Shown here in pieces: positions 20,701 through 29,468 of a DNA stretch of 64,000 bases. The notes beneath the pieces were generated by a model. That model ran no database searches. It saw only the letters and a list, made by a program, of their open reading frames with translations, and was not told where the DNA came from. Position 1 is the stretch's first letter, and each line of letters opens with the position of its first letter. The stretch is taken from the IMG/VR virus record IMGVR_UViG_3300033073_001109, positions 1 through 64,000 of that record. One strand, given 5' to 3'. The DNA comes from a virus (lineage: Duplodnaviria > Caudoviricetes). The position numbers and the translations under genes are program-made.

Positions 20701-21117
20701 CTGTATGAGCGCAACATTAACCCAATTACGTTTATTCCAGGCGTGGGTATTACTAATTTTGGTAACAAGACCACAACCACTGTGACTACAGCGTTGGATC
20801 GTATCAACGTGGCACGTTTGATCTGTTTCTTGCGCGAGCGTTTGGCACAAATTGGTAAGTTGTATTTGTTTGAACCAAATGACGAAATCACACGCAATGA
20901 AATTACCAATACTATCAACAGTTTGATGATTGACTTGATTTCTAAGCGAGCCATCTATGATTATTTGACTGTATGTGATCTTACAAATAATACACCAGCA
21001 CGTATTGATAGAAACGAATTATGGGTAGACGTTGCTATTGAACCTGTCAAAGCAGTGGAATTCATTTACATTCCGTTGCGTATTAAGAACACAGGAGAGA
21101 TTGCAGCCGGAGCATAA
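17794..21117 (+). CDS. gp18: Tail sheath protein (1107 aa)
   Basis: MALVSPGVQVTVIDES N-terminus; C-term WLAPAG.RRG, YERNINPI.F.PG.G...FGNKT, ALDRINVARL, FEPND..TR, ELWVDVAIEPVKAVEFIYIPL. Confidence 0.95.
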   Translation: MALVSPGVQVTVIDESQYIPSAVNTVPYFLVATAQNKVSSDGITVAAGTTAANANKTYLITSQRDLTATFGVPFFYNTTGGTPINGYELNEYGLLAAYSALGVSNRCYVQRVDIDLTQLAASLSRPTGEPNNGAFWEDASASTWGIQEWNQSTAGFTVKTPIVVTDQADVVNYSGGDYTPVSTLGSIGDYAVSAVSEFLQVYYKTAGLTPTGESSVVTTNTWVLVGSDNWKLSWPTVSGTAAPTSLTAGNSIFINDVEVIVGTGATATTVTGFATAINTVVSITGVYAKVVSGKLNLYANKSATNDGSTNSGNGIISVEPGTNGASLLTALGITSAVYQAPTYLPAYSYQAPRWRTTDTVPAPTGSVWQNLSPVNNGMNVVLKKWSSTLASWVTQTTNVYLNDALAIYALDPSGGGKNIPVGTTYMNYNAQQGSASNPPTASFEIFERLLLGQTVVTGSVSNPTFTVGDSFSFQVTEAGNSNFVGPFYVTLTGTTADDFISDFQAANAPYTTASLDSSGNIVLTHTQGGTIVLFNTIYGTPVADAGFTNSTPLCRPGRTTGNLVLSNFVTTPEFTYANSTTAPYQNPANGTLWYYSTATQADIMIQDNGSWQGYQNVANDVRGFDLRDTNASGPIFSTTAPLTQNNAAESPLAYGDLWIDTSDLENYPMIYRWEPVDGVDQWVSINTTDQVTQNGILFADARWAPNGTTDPISDPIPTIASLLTSDYLDLDAPDPLLYPQGMLLWNTRRSGYNVKSYNNDYFNATNFPDASLPSVAATWITASGNRDNGAMWGGRLAQRQMVVAAMKAGIDTSQAAREEQNNYNLIASPAYPELMPNMIALSNERNNTLFVVGDTPMRLAVDGNSLVAWATNNNGLGLPTEDGLVATSNYCAAFYPSCQTNDLSGNTVVAPPSHMMVRTILRSDSVSYPWLAPAGTRRGVIDNATAIGYIDSATGEFVQLGVGQSVRDILYERNINPITFIPGVGITNFGNKTTTTVTTALDRINVARLICFLRERLAQIGKLYLFEPNDEITRNEITNTINSLMIDLISKRAIYDYLTVCDLTNNTPARIDRNELWVDVAIEPVKAVEFIYIPLRIKNTGEIAAGA

Positions 21118-21119
21118 TC

Positions 21120-21140
21120 AAAGGGGCTTAGGCCCCTTTT
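21120..21140 (+). terminator. Rho-independent terminator
   Basis: AAA-GGGGC-TTAG-GCCCC-TTTT directly after the sheath stop. Confidence 0.8.
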
Positions 21141-21159
21141 GACCGGTTGGAAGAATAGG

Positions 21160-21165
21160 TAAATA
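21160..21165 (+). promoter_or_regulatory. Late promoter TAAATA upstream of the tube gene
   Basis: GGTAAATA, then CAGGAG SD, then ATG 21186. Confidence 0.6.
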
Positions 21166-21185
21166 AAGTACAGGAGAAATCTAAA

Positions 21186-21827
21186 ATGGCAGTTTCATCA
21201 TTACAACGCATGACAGTGCCTTTGGCAAGTGATCAAAGTTCACCTACCCAAGGCCTATTAATGCCCAAACTCAAATATCGCTTTAGAGTGATGTTTGAAA
21301 ACTTTGGCGTGTCTACTCCAAGAACAGAACTTACTAAGCAAGTTATGACTGTTACACGCCCTAACTTATCATTTGAAGAAATTCCAATTCCAATTTATAA
21401 TTCAACATTGAAACTGGCTGGACGTCATTCATGGGCAGACATTAGTTGTTCACTGCGTGACGATGCCAGTGGTACAATTTCTAAATTGGTCGGCGAGCAA
21501 ATTCAGAAACAAATGGACTTCATGGAAATGAGTTCTGCCGCATCAGGTATTGATTACAAATTTAAGACTGTGATTGAAATCCTTGACGGCGGAAACGGAG
21601 CCAACACACCTGTGGTTCTTGAGCAGTGGGAACTGTATGGGTGCTATCTTAAGAGCTCAGATTACGGCGATTTAAACTACGGTTCAAATGAACCAGTTAC
21701 AATTAGCATGGCTATTGCTTATGACAATGCTAACCAGAACCCAACAGCCAGCGGTAACCCAGCCGGTGTTGGTATTGCAGTTGGCAGAACACTGGGTGAT
21801 GTTGTAACGGGCGTTGGCCCAGTCTAA
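21186..21827 (+). CDS. gp19: Tail tube protein
   Basis: PKLKYRFRV.F, RPNLSFEEI.IP.YNS..KLAGR.SW, W.LYGC.L...YGDL.Y.S.EPVTI.M.I.YDNA; follows the sheath gene. Confidence 0.85.
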   Translation: MAVSSLQRMTVPLASDQSSPTQGLLMPKLKYRFRVMFENFGVSTPRTELTKQVMTVTRPNLSFEEIPIPIYNSTLKLAGRHSWADISCSLRDDASGTISKLVGEQIQKQMDFMEMSSAASGIDYKFKTVIEILDGGNGANTPVVLEQWELYGCYLKSSDYGDLNYGSNEPVTISMAIAYDNANQNPTASGNPAGVGIAVGRTLGDVVTGVGPV

Positions 21828-21839
21828 TAGGAGCCGCCA

Positions 21840-23045
21840 ATGAACGGTGGTGGACCATTTGGTCAACAACTTCTCCAAGGCTTTTTTGGAGTAGAGAACT
21901 TGCGTGATTACACTCACGCAAGTAAAACTTTTACTACTAACAGTTACGAACTCAAGCCGCGCTTTAAATTTCTCTTTCATGTTTCGTTTACCTTAAACGT
22001 TCAACAGATCCCTGCCTTGCGTGGCGCAATTAGCAACGATGAAATTGCACTTTACAGTTATCTGGTAAAAACAGTTGACCTGCCAAAGTACAATATTGCC
22101 AACGAAGTTTTAAATCAGTACAATCGCAAAAGACTTGTACAAACTAGAATTGATTACGATCCAATCAACATAACATTCCACGACGACGGCGGAGACAACA
22201 GCCGTAACATGTGGTACAACTATTTCAAATACTACTACAAAGATCCGAGTCAGAAATATCTATCAGGGTCAGAAAATACCAATGGAACCATTGGCAAACT
22301 AGCCAACTATCAAAACGGATTTAGTTATAACAACCGTGACATTTACGAAGCTCAGAGAGTTGGCAATGTCAATGACTGGGGATATGTAGGAGAAGCCTAC
22401 AACGATGGCACACAAGAGGCGTCAGGTAAGCCTCCGTTTTTTAGAGACATTAGAATCACTGGCATGGATCAACACAAGTTTGCTCAGTATGTGTTGGTAA
22501 ACCCAATCATTACCAACTGGAGTCATGACGTCTATGATTATACTCAAGGCGGCGGCACAATGACTAACTCTATGCAGATACGCTACGAAACAGTGAAGTA
22601 TTTCAGTGGCGCATTGAGTGGTGCCAAACCAGACGTTAATGTACAAGGATTTGCTGATCCTGCACACTATGATACTAAAAAGAGCCCGCTGGCAAGACCA
22701 GGCAGCACTGCTACTATATTTGGTCAAGGTGGGTTGTTGGATACTGCTGAAGGCATCATGGAAGATCTTGAATCAGGATCTGTGTTGGGAGTAATTGGTG
22801 CAATACAAAAAGCCGGCACAGCATACAATACTTTCAAAGGTAAAAACTTGGCCAGTATTCTCAAGAGCGAAGCAACTGCTCTGGGTAAAAACATATTGGT
22901 TGGAAGTTTACCTGGTGCTGTCAAAGCAGTGGCCGGTACTGCCGATGGTGTGTTTTTCCCAAGACAAAATGCTGAACGAGTTTGGCAACGTCAAAATGAA
23001 GCCATGAACCAAGACGTGCCACCTGGCGGATACATTTCTTACTAA
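21840..23045 (+). CDS. Tube-like baseplate/tube-junction protein (gp48/gp54/gp19-fold)
   Basis: KPRFKFLFHV.F, VKTVDLPKY.I..E.LNQYNRKR..QT.I.YDPI.ITFHDD; N-terminal half resembles the tube fold. Confidence 0.6.
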   Translation: MNGGGPFGQQLLQGFFGVENLRDYTHASKTFTTNSYELKPRFKFLFHVSFTLNVQQIPALRGAISNDEIALYSYLVKTVDLPKYNIANEVLNQYNRKRLVQTRIDYDPINITFHDDGGDNSRNMWYNYFKYYYKDPSQKYLSGSENTNGTIGKLANYQNGFSYNNRDIYEAQRVGNVNDWGYVGEAYNDGTQEASGKPPFFRDIRITGMDQHKFAQYVLVNPIITNWSHDVYDYTQGGGTMTNSMQIRYETVKYFSGALSGAKPDVNVQGFADPAHYDTKKSPLARPGSTATIFGQGGLLDTAEGIMEDLESGSVLGVIGAIQKAGTAYNTFKGKNLASILKSEATALGKNILVGSLPGAVKAVAGTADGVFFPRQNAERVWQRQNEAMNQDVPPGGYISY

Positions 23046-23048
23046 TCT

Positions 23049-23408
23049 ATGCCTACAGTAAATTATACCAATCGAAACATTGATCCAACTGTGAGAGTGT
23101 TTGACAGTTTCTATAGATACGAGTCGAATGTTCCAGCAGATCAGTACGACCTGGTCAACAGTTACTTTCGCAGTGTAATGACCACTCGAGAAGCCGCAGA
23201 CAATTTCACAACCAGTTTGTTTAGAGTTGCAGATCAAACTGGTATACCAATCATGGAATTGCTTCAAAGCATACAAGGACAAAGTGGCATGGAGCTCAAT
23301 GTTAGCATGTCCTATTATCTCAATAATCTACGAAGCAATGCTACTTTGGTAGGTATTGGAACGCCGGCAGCACAGAATTTCTATGTTGCTAGATGCGTGG
23401 TAAAATAA
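23049..23408 (+). CDS. Hypothetical virion-module protein
   Basis: 119-aa ORF tightly packed in the tail operon. Confidence 0.65.
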   Translation: MPTVNYTNRNIDPTVRVFDSFYRYESNVPADQYDLVNSYFRSVMTTREAADNFTTSLFRVADQTGIPIMELLQSIQGQSGMELNVSMSYYLNNLRSNATLVGIGTPAAQNFYVARCVVK

Positions 23409-23839
23409 TGGCTAAGTGGGCACAAGGCACATATCAAGTTCAAAATCCTGAAAAATACATTGGAAATCGTACACCAAGGTATAGATCAGGATGGGAACAC
23501 AGTTTCATGCGCTTCTGCGATACCAACGAAAACATATTGCAGTGGGCCAGTGAATCAATACAAATACCATACCGCCATCCACTCACAGGCAAGCACACTA
23601 TCTACGTTCCTGATTTTCTTATTACGTACCGCACCCGTAACAACATAATGAAGGGCGAGCTTATTGAAATCAAGCCCAAAGGGCAAAGCATGATCAATGA
23701 GCGCAGTAACAGCAGAGATCGCGCTGTGGTTGCAGTGAACTATGCCAAATGGGACGCGGCCACCAAATGGGCTCAGCGCAACGGGCTTGTTTTTAGAGTT
23801 ATAACTGAGGACCAAATGTTCCACAACGGGCGTGCCTGA
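23408..23839 (+). CDS. gp4: Head completion nuclease (T4 gp4 / TnsA-like PD-(D/E)xK)
   Basis: NPEKY.G...P.YRS.WE..FM.FCD.N..IL.W.SE.I.IPY.HP..GK...Y.PDF, ELIEIKP, NYAKW.AA. Confidence 0.9.
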   Translation: MAKWAQGTYQVQNPEKYIGNRTPRYRSGWEHSFMRFCDTNENILQWASESIQIPYRHPLTGKHTIYVPDFLITYRTRNNIMKGELIEIKPKGQSMINERSNSRDRAVVAVNYAKWDAATKWAQRNGLVFRVITEDQMFHNGRA

Positions 23840-23854
23840 GCCACTAAATATGGC

Positions 23855-24349
23855 ATGACTCGCAAACTCGAAGAACTTTTTGACCTACCCCCAAGTCAAT
23901 CCGAAATAGACTCTGCTTTGCCAGAGTTGCCGGCTAGCCGCGAAACTATCCATGCCTTGGATGAAGCCATTGACAAAATTGATGCAGCCTTGCCCGGGGT
24001 CAAAGGATTGGAATCCACAGACTCAGAAATGGACGATCTTGCAAATCTAGCCGCTGCTAGTTACAAAGATCTCATGGACCTTGGCATGCAGGTTGACAGT
24101 CGCTTTGCGGCTGAAATTTTTAGTGTTGCTGGTACCATGCTAGGGCATGCAATATCAGCCAAAACTGCCAAACTTGACAAAAAGCTCAAAATGGTAGATC
24201 TGCAACTTAAAAAAATGCGTCTGGATCAAAACAAAACAGAAGAAGATTCTGCTCCCACTCAAACAGGCACCGGTGTTGTGTTGAGTCGCAATGACTTATT
24301 AGAGCGCATTATCGGCAAGAGCAAAGATCAAAACTCTAAAAAAGAATAA
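23855..24349 (+). CDS. Probable terminase small subunit
   Basis: Size and helical core (SYKDLMDLGM.VDSR.AAEIF.VA..ML..AI.AK..K) resemble T4 gp16-like proteins; TAAATA 4 nt upstream. Confidence 0.5.
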   Translation: MTRKLEELFDLPPSQSEIDSALPELPASRETIHALDEAIDKIDAALPGVKGLESTDSEMDDLANLAAASYKDLMDLGMQVDSRFAAEIFSVAGTMLGHAISAKTAKLDKKLKMVDLQLKKMRLDQNKTEEDSAPTQTGTGVVLSRNDLLERIIGKSKDQNSKKE

Positions 24350-24369
24350 ATATCGTATAGGACATTGAC

Positions 24370-24978
24370 ATGAAACCATTTGCAAAATATCTAGCAGAAA
24401 GCGAACGCACATACAACTACCGCATCAAAGTAGTAGGTGATGTGCCTGAGGGATTTTTCAAACAGTTGGAAGGCAAGTTAGAGCAGTTTGACGTTGTCAA
24501 AATGACCGGCCCTAAAACCACACCTGTTCGTAAACAAATTCCTGATTTTCCTGCTTTCCCCAACCAACCCATGAGCATCATTGATGTTGAGTTTAAGTAC
24601 CCTGCTATTGAGCCACAGATCAAACAGTTGGCACAGTTGGCTGGTCTTGATCCAAATCGTATTGTGATGAATACCACACCCTACGAAGAAGAGCTCAATG
24701 TTGAAAGCGACAAGATTGAAGCAGAAAACAAGGACTTGTTGAAGGACACTGATTATCCTGCTCCTGACAAGAAACAAAAAGCATTGAACAAAGATTATGC
24801 AACTGGTCCTTATGATCATGCAGTGTTAAAAAATGCTTACCGCAGTGATTTCTCTGTGGCCGGCGGCAAAACACCTCCAGCAAAAACAACCAATGATTTG
24901 CCACAAGGCACCAATAGCCCAATGACAAACATCAAGCGTCCCCCAAGACCAGCCACTGGCGCACAACCCCGAGGATAA
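24370..24978 (+). CDS. Putative internal head protein
   Basis: N-terminus MKPFAKYLAE resembles the T4 capsid-targeting sequence; AATAAATA upstream. Confidence 0.5.
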   Translation: MKPFAKYLAESERTYNYRIKVVGDVPEGFFKQLEGKLEQFDVVKMTGPKTTPVRKQIPDFPAFPNQPMSIIDVEFKYPAIEPQIKQLAQLAGLDPNRIVMNTTPYEEELNVESDKIEAENKDLLKDTDYPAPDKKQKALNKDYATGPYDHAVLKNAYRSDFSVAGGKTPPAKTTNDLPQGTNSPMTNIKRPPRPATGAQPRG

Positions 24979-24984
24979 TTTGAA

Positions 24985-26997
24985 ATGACATTTTTCTACG
25001 ACTTAAACAAAAAATTAGCCAGCATTGGCAAGCCCACAGAACAACTCAATGAGCGCAGAATGCGTGAAGGATCTATCCAGGGTGGTGTATGGACTGCTGA
25101 TCCTCCCAAGCCTGGTCAACCAAATGTTCCTGTGCCTCAGAATCCTGACGGCGGCAGTATTAAATCAACTTATACTCCTCCTGCACCAGGTAGTGCAATC
25201 AAGGTAACACCAGAGCCAAAATCACTTGCACCGGCCCCAAAATCACTTGCACCGGCCCCAACACCAACCAAAGAAGAGTTAGTTGGCGGCCAGAAAAAAT
25301 TAGACAAGAATGCCAATGGCAAACTTGATGCTCAAGACTTTGCTATGTTGCGTAAAAGTAAAAAACAAACTTCCGAAGGCGATTTTGGTCCCATGGAAGG
25401 ATCAACCGGTGACTACTCAGCCAAGAAGGCACGTGCCGGCAAAGACATCGGAAAGCCAGGCAAAGAGTTTTCTCAAATTGCTGACAAGGCCGGTAAAAAA
25501 TATGGCAGCAAAGAAGCCGGCGAGCGAGTTGCTGGTGCTGTGTTAGCAAAATTGCGTGCCAAAGAAAGTGTTGCTGAAGCCGATATGGACGAATCAGCAT
25601 TGCAGGCCTACCTTGGCAAGAAGAAATATGGTGCTGACGGCATGAAGGCATTACAAAAAGCCGGTCGTGACGGTGCTAGCAAAGAAACCATGGCCAAGAT
25701 TCGTGCTAAACACGAAGTAGACGAAGGCTGGGATGACATGCTCAAAGACGTTGAGCGTCGTCGTTCTGGCATGAAGACTGGCGAAAAAGTTCAAGGCCAC
25801 AAAGGCGAAATTGAAAAAACAGCCACAGGCATCAAGCACACTCGCAAGTACGATCCTAAGACAGGCGAAACTGATTCAGGAGATGACGATGCACCCAAAG
25901 GTGAAAAGCGTCGTGGACGTCCAAAAGGCACAGGCAAAGCCATGGGTGCCAAAGGTCCCAGCGGCAAGTCAAAACTCATGAAGAAAGAAGGTTTTGACAT
26001 TACCACTCCTAGTGGTACTTTCAGTACTAACACAGGTACAATGACACCTCCGCCTATGCCAGAAAGCAAAGGCGATGACGTCAAGGCTGCTATGACTCTG
26101 CTTAAGAAGGCTGGTTACAAAGTGACCAAGGCTGATGCCAAAGAGCCTGTGGAAGAAAAAGCAGTGAGCAAAGCACAACAAAAGTTCATGGGCATGGTAC
26201 ATGCTACACAAAAAGGCGAAAAAGCCCCTTCAAAAGAAGTTGCTAAAGTTGCCAAGTCTATGAAGAAATCTGACGCAGAAGATTTTGCTGCTACCAAACA
26301 CAAAGGTCTGCCTGAAAAGAAAAAGAAGAAAACTGAAGAAGCCGGTGGTGTAGATACACCCACAGCAAGCAGCGGATTCTCATTTGGCAAAGGCATTTAC
26401 GATTCGATCAATCGCGAACTAGAAGAAATGATTGCTGAATCTATGAACATTTCTATGAACAGCAATTCCGATGGTGCCAATGGTCCTACCAAAAGTTTGA
26501 CAGTCACAGCCACAGACGAAGATGCAGCATACTTGGCTCAGATTCTCAAGTCAGCCGGCTTAGGTGGCGGCAGTCACGGAGATTGCGGCTGCGGCGATTC
26601 TCCTTGCTCATGTGGTTCAGATGCCGAACATGTAGACGAGAACAAGCCAGATTGGCCAACCAACACTGAATACAGCGATGATGCACTACAGTATTCAGGC
26701 GGATTGAACAAGCCTAAAACTGACGTTGCTGGCGATGGCCAAACCACTGTGCCAGTGGCTGCTGTTCACACACAAGACGAAGATGAGTTGCGTAGACTGC
26801 GTGAAATGGCCGGTATTGCCGAAACTAAAAAAGTCGATGAAGATGACATGGAAGAAGGCAACAAGTTCACTGGCAATCTAGCCAAAGCTCGTGCTGCTGG
26901 CAAGAAAGAAGCCGACCTAGACGGCGATGGCGATATGGAAAAAGTCAAGGAAAGCATCCTTGATATGAAACATCTCTGGACAGAATACAAGGGTTAA
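24985..26997 (+). CDS. Modular, charged low-complexity protein (putative internal head polyprotein) with DUF3008-like and EF-hand-like segments
   Basis: KAVSKAQQKFMGMVHA..KG...MKKSDAEDFAATKHKGLPEKK; DKNANGKLDAQD; DLDGDGDMEK; modules separated by x-x-E sites. Confidence 0.55.
   Translation: MTFFYDLNKKLASIGKPTEQLNERRMREGSIQGGVWTADPPKPGQPNVPVPQNPDGGSIKSTYTPPAPGSAIKVTPEPKSLAPAPKSLAPAPTPTKEELVGGQKKLDKNANGKLDAQDFAMLRKSKKQTSEGDFGPMEGSTGDYSAKKARAGKDIGKPGKEFSQIADKAGKKYGSKEAGERVAGAVLAKLRAKESVAEADMDESALQAYLGKKKYGADGMKALQKAGRDGASKETMAKIRAKHEVDEGWDDMLKDVERRRSGMKTGEKVQGHKGEIEKTATGIKHTRKYDPKTGETDSGDDDAPKGEKRRGRPKGTGKAMGAKGPSGKSKLMKKEGFDITTPSGTFSTNTGTMTPPPMPESKGDDVKAAMTLLKKAGYKVTKADAKEPVEEKAVSKAQQKFMGMVHATQKGEKAPSKEVAKVAKSMKKSDAEDFAATKHKGLPEKKKKKTEEAGGVDTPTASSGFSFGKGIYDSINRELEEMIAESMNISMNSNSDGANGPTKSLTVTATDEDAAYLAQILKSAGLGGGSHGDCGCGDSPCSCGSDAEHVDENKPDWPTNTEYSDDALQYSGGLNKPKTDVAGDGQTTVPVAAVHTQDEDELRRLREMAGIAETKKVDEDDMEEGNKFTGNLAKARAAGKKEADLDGDGDMEKVKESILDMKHLWTEYKG
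25216..25257 (+). repeat. Perfect 21-bp tandem duplication (PKSLAPA x2)
   Basis: CCAAAATCACTTGCACCGGCC x2. Confidence 0.9.
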
Positions 26998-26999
26998 TC

Positions 27000-27695
27000 A
27001 TGAAAAGTCTGCGTGAATACATTACAGAAGCCGAACAAATATTTGATACACCTCAAGTGGGTGATAACTTTGCAATCAGTTGCAGAGAAGAATGTTTGTT
27101 AGAAACCTATGTGTGCGACCAAACTGAAGACGGTATTGTGCTTCACGCCGACGACAAGATTATGCGTGCTTTGGAGGCCTATGGATATCTCAGCGAAGAA
27201 GAACTCAGTCCATTGAGTCTTGAAGAAAACTTTGATGATGTGGCTTCACAAGATGCTGGTGAATATGACTACGAAGGCGATTCGGTCAAAGATGATTTAG
27301 AAACTGTGATTCGTGCTGCTCGCAGACTCACAGGAATGTTGCGTGACAATGACAATGTACCTGAGTGGGTGCAGTCTAAGGTAACCAAAGCCGCAGACTA
27401 TGTTGACACAGCGGCTGATTATCTTGAATCAAATCAAGACGAAGAACACATGGATGAAGCCAAGTATCAAGGACGTGAAGTTCCGCTGGGCAAGCCCATG
27501 AAAGGTGATGTTAAAAAATCTAAGGTTTATGTGCGTGGGCCCAAGGGCAATGTGGTCAAAGTTAACTTTGGTCAAAAAGGCATGAAGATTAAAAAGAATA
27601 TTCCTGGCCGCCGCAAAAACTTCCGTGCTAGACACAACTGCGACAATCCAGGTCCACGTTGGAAAGCACGTTATTGGAGCTGCCGCGCTTGGTAA
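27000..27695 (+). CDS. Putative internal head protein with basic Cys-containing C-terminal domain (DUF6321-like)
   Basis: MKSLREYITE N-terminus; PEWVQSKVTKAADY module; C-term RRKNFRARHNC...ARYWSCRAW. Confidence 0.55.
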   Translation: MKSLREYITEAEQIFDTPQVGDNFAISCREECLLETYVCDQTEDGIVLHADDKIMRALEAYGYLSEEELSPLSLEENFDDVASQDAGEYDYEGDSVKDDLETVIRAARRLTGMLRDNDNVPEWVQSKVTKAADYVDTAADYLESNQDEEHMDEAKYQGREVPLGKPMKGDVKKSKVYVRGPKGNVVKVNFGQKGMKIKKNIPGRRKNFRARHNCDNPGPRWKARYWSCRAW

Positions 27696-27704
27696 GGAAC
27701 CACT

Positions 27705-27881
27705 ATGAGCTATCAACCATATAACCCAAATACTCCTCTCACCACTCCTCCGGTGCAGAATCCACATTCGCCTGCTACAGGTGGATATAAACAACAACCA
27801 GTTGAAATTCCTGGCGTAATTAGTCAAACTAATTCTTTATACAAGCCTTACACTGGCCACCCAAACAAGGATAACAAATAA
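27705..27881 (+). CDS. 58-aa Pro/Gln-rich small protein (not in the ORF track)
   Basis: AAGGA SD, ATG 27705, MSYQPYNPNTPL...NKDNK*; TAATG overlap with the next gene fills the gap exactly. Confidence 0.6.
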   Translation: MSYQPYNPNTPLTTPPVQNPHSPATGGYKQQPVEIPGVISQTNSLYKPYTGHPNKDNK

Positions 27882-28204
27882 TGAGTTCAGCCAACGTATA
27901 TACTTCTGTTGCCAATGCCACTTGGTACACTGATCGTGCCAGTATTAGCACTGGTAACACTGCTGTGACCTATAATGTATACGAAATGGCTCTGGTAGCA
28001 ATCAATGCAAACGGACAGCCAATTACTGCACAAGCCGCTGCTGGTAATATCTATAGCAATGCAGTTGCTATTCCTGCAAATGCAGTAAAAGAAGTTTATG
28101 TTGGCTCTGGTAATAAATTAACAATCACAGGATCTAATTTTACTGCCCAAGAAATTGGAACAGCGACCTCTGCCACCTATGGCGTTGTTGGCGTAGGAGA
28201 CTAA
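27881..28204 (+). CDS. Hypothetical beta-rich (probably virion) protein
   Basis: 107 aa, Ala/Thr/Gly/Asn-rich, translationally coupled to the upstream ORF. Confidence 0.6.
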   Translation: MSSANVYTSVANATWYTDRASISTGNTAVTYNVYEMALVAINANGQPITAQAAAGNIYSNAVAIPANAVKEVYVGSGNKLTITGSNFTAQEIGTATSATYGVVGVGD

Positions 28205-28205
28205 A

Positions 28206-28586
28206 ATGCGAGCTCGCGAATTTGTCACCGAGGGTAGTAGACCCGGTCGGCGTGCAGACGCCAATCACGAATTCGACATGGCACATCCAGGACTAGTAGG
28301 ACCTCAAGCCAATGGGGACACTTACTGGGGCAGGTACTATGACTTTTACCGTGTGTCATCACTGGCTGGCATGGATCTAGACAGACTAGAACACGTAGAT
28401 GACATCAGTTTCTTTGGTAATTTACCAGTGTTCTCAGCATACACCGAACATGATCGTAAAAAATTGTATGCAATTATGAAAAAACTAGGCATGAAGCCCA
28501 GTGATCATGTTGAGCCAGGCAGTCTTGAACCAGACTATGTAAATCGCTCCAGCCCTGTCAAAGGGTTCCAAGGCTTTAAGAGATAA
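28206..28586 (+). CDS. Small paralogue 1 (MRAREF...SPVKGF family)
   Basis: MRAREFVTE N-terminus; EPDYVNRSSPVKGFQGFKR C-terminus. Confidence 0.75.
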   Translation: MRAREFVTEGSRPGRRADANHEFDMAHPGLVGPQANGDTYWGRYYDFYRVSSLAGMDLDRLEHVDDISFFGNLPVFSAYTEHDRKKLYAIMKKLGMKPSDHVEPGSLEPDYVNRSSPVKGFQGFKR

Positions 28587-28589
28587 GCC

Positions 28590-29468
28590 GTGTGCATCAT
28601 AGTAGCCAAATATTTTCCTGGCATTGGCTGGGCCGGCGCTAAAAATCGCGACAGAACCTACGTGCCCACATTGGACTTTATCATTGATGATGTTAAGGGT
28701 ACTGAGCGTTGCATGATGCACGATCAAGTCACAGGTTACCGCGAAGGACTCAACAGTCACGGTGTCAGCATATTAAACACCAGCCTTGACGTACTGGATG
28801 ATGAAAAAGAAGTTGAAGCAGGAACAGTAGATTCAAGTCCAGACGGCAAGTACATTGCTGAAGCATTGTTACACAAAGATCCGTTGTCGGCCGCCAAGCA
28901 CTTGATCAGTAAAAATCTTGTGGGTTGCACCATGGTTTTTGATCAAAACGATCTGTATTTGATTGAAGCCAGTGATCAAGACGGTACCAAGCCTTACAGA
29001 TACAGTCTACGCAAGATACCCCAAGATCACACACTGGCCAGAACCAATCACGGTCAGTGGTTGGAATGGTCAGGATTTCAACGCAATCCCAACAACGACA
29101 ATGAAACCAAAGATCGCATCAGCAGTGAAGCACGGCTAGTGCAGGCACAAGCAGTGGTTAAACAAGCCAAAAAACCGCAGGATCTTGTGGACGGTATGTG
29201 CCAAGTCAACATCAACGATCCTCAACTAAATATTATGAGAACCAGTACTGACAGCAAAAAGATGCGTACTACCAGTCAACAGTTATGTGTGCCCAGTGAG
29301 CGCACTTTATATTGTAGACCAGTTAGCAGTAATTTACAATTTGATTTTTGGAAATTAAACAAACCCGAACGCAAAGTCTGGATAGAACTGTTGAGCAATA
29401 GAGAATTGTGGAACAGAGATAGAAATAATCAACCTTTTGATGGGTTGAAACTGAAAGACGTAGAATGA
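28590..29468 (+). CDS. N-terminal-nucleophile (Cys) hydrolase, NRDE/C45/C59-like
   Basis: GTG start then Cys2; MCIIVAK...KNRDR, EGLNSHGVSI, ARTNH and TTSQ motifs. Confidence 0.65.
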   Translation: MCIIVAKYFPGIGWAGAKNRDRTYVPTLDFIIDDVKGTERCMMHDQVTGYREGLNSHGVSILNTSLDVLDDEKEVEAGTVDSSPDGKYIAEALLHKDPLSAAKHLISKNLVGCTMVFDQNDLYLIEASDQDGTKPYRYSLRKIPQDHTLARTNHGQWLEWSGFQRNPNNDNETKDRISSEARLVQAQAVVKQAKKPQDLVDGMCQVNINDPQLNIMRTSTDSKKMRTTSQQLCVPSERTLYCRPVSSNLQFDFWKLNKPERKVWIELLSNRELWNRDRNNQPFDGLKLKDVE

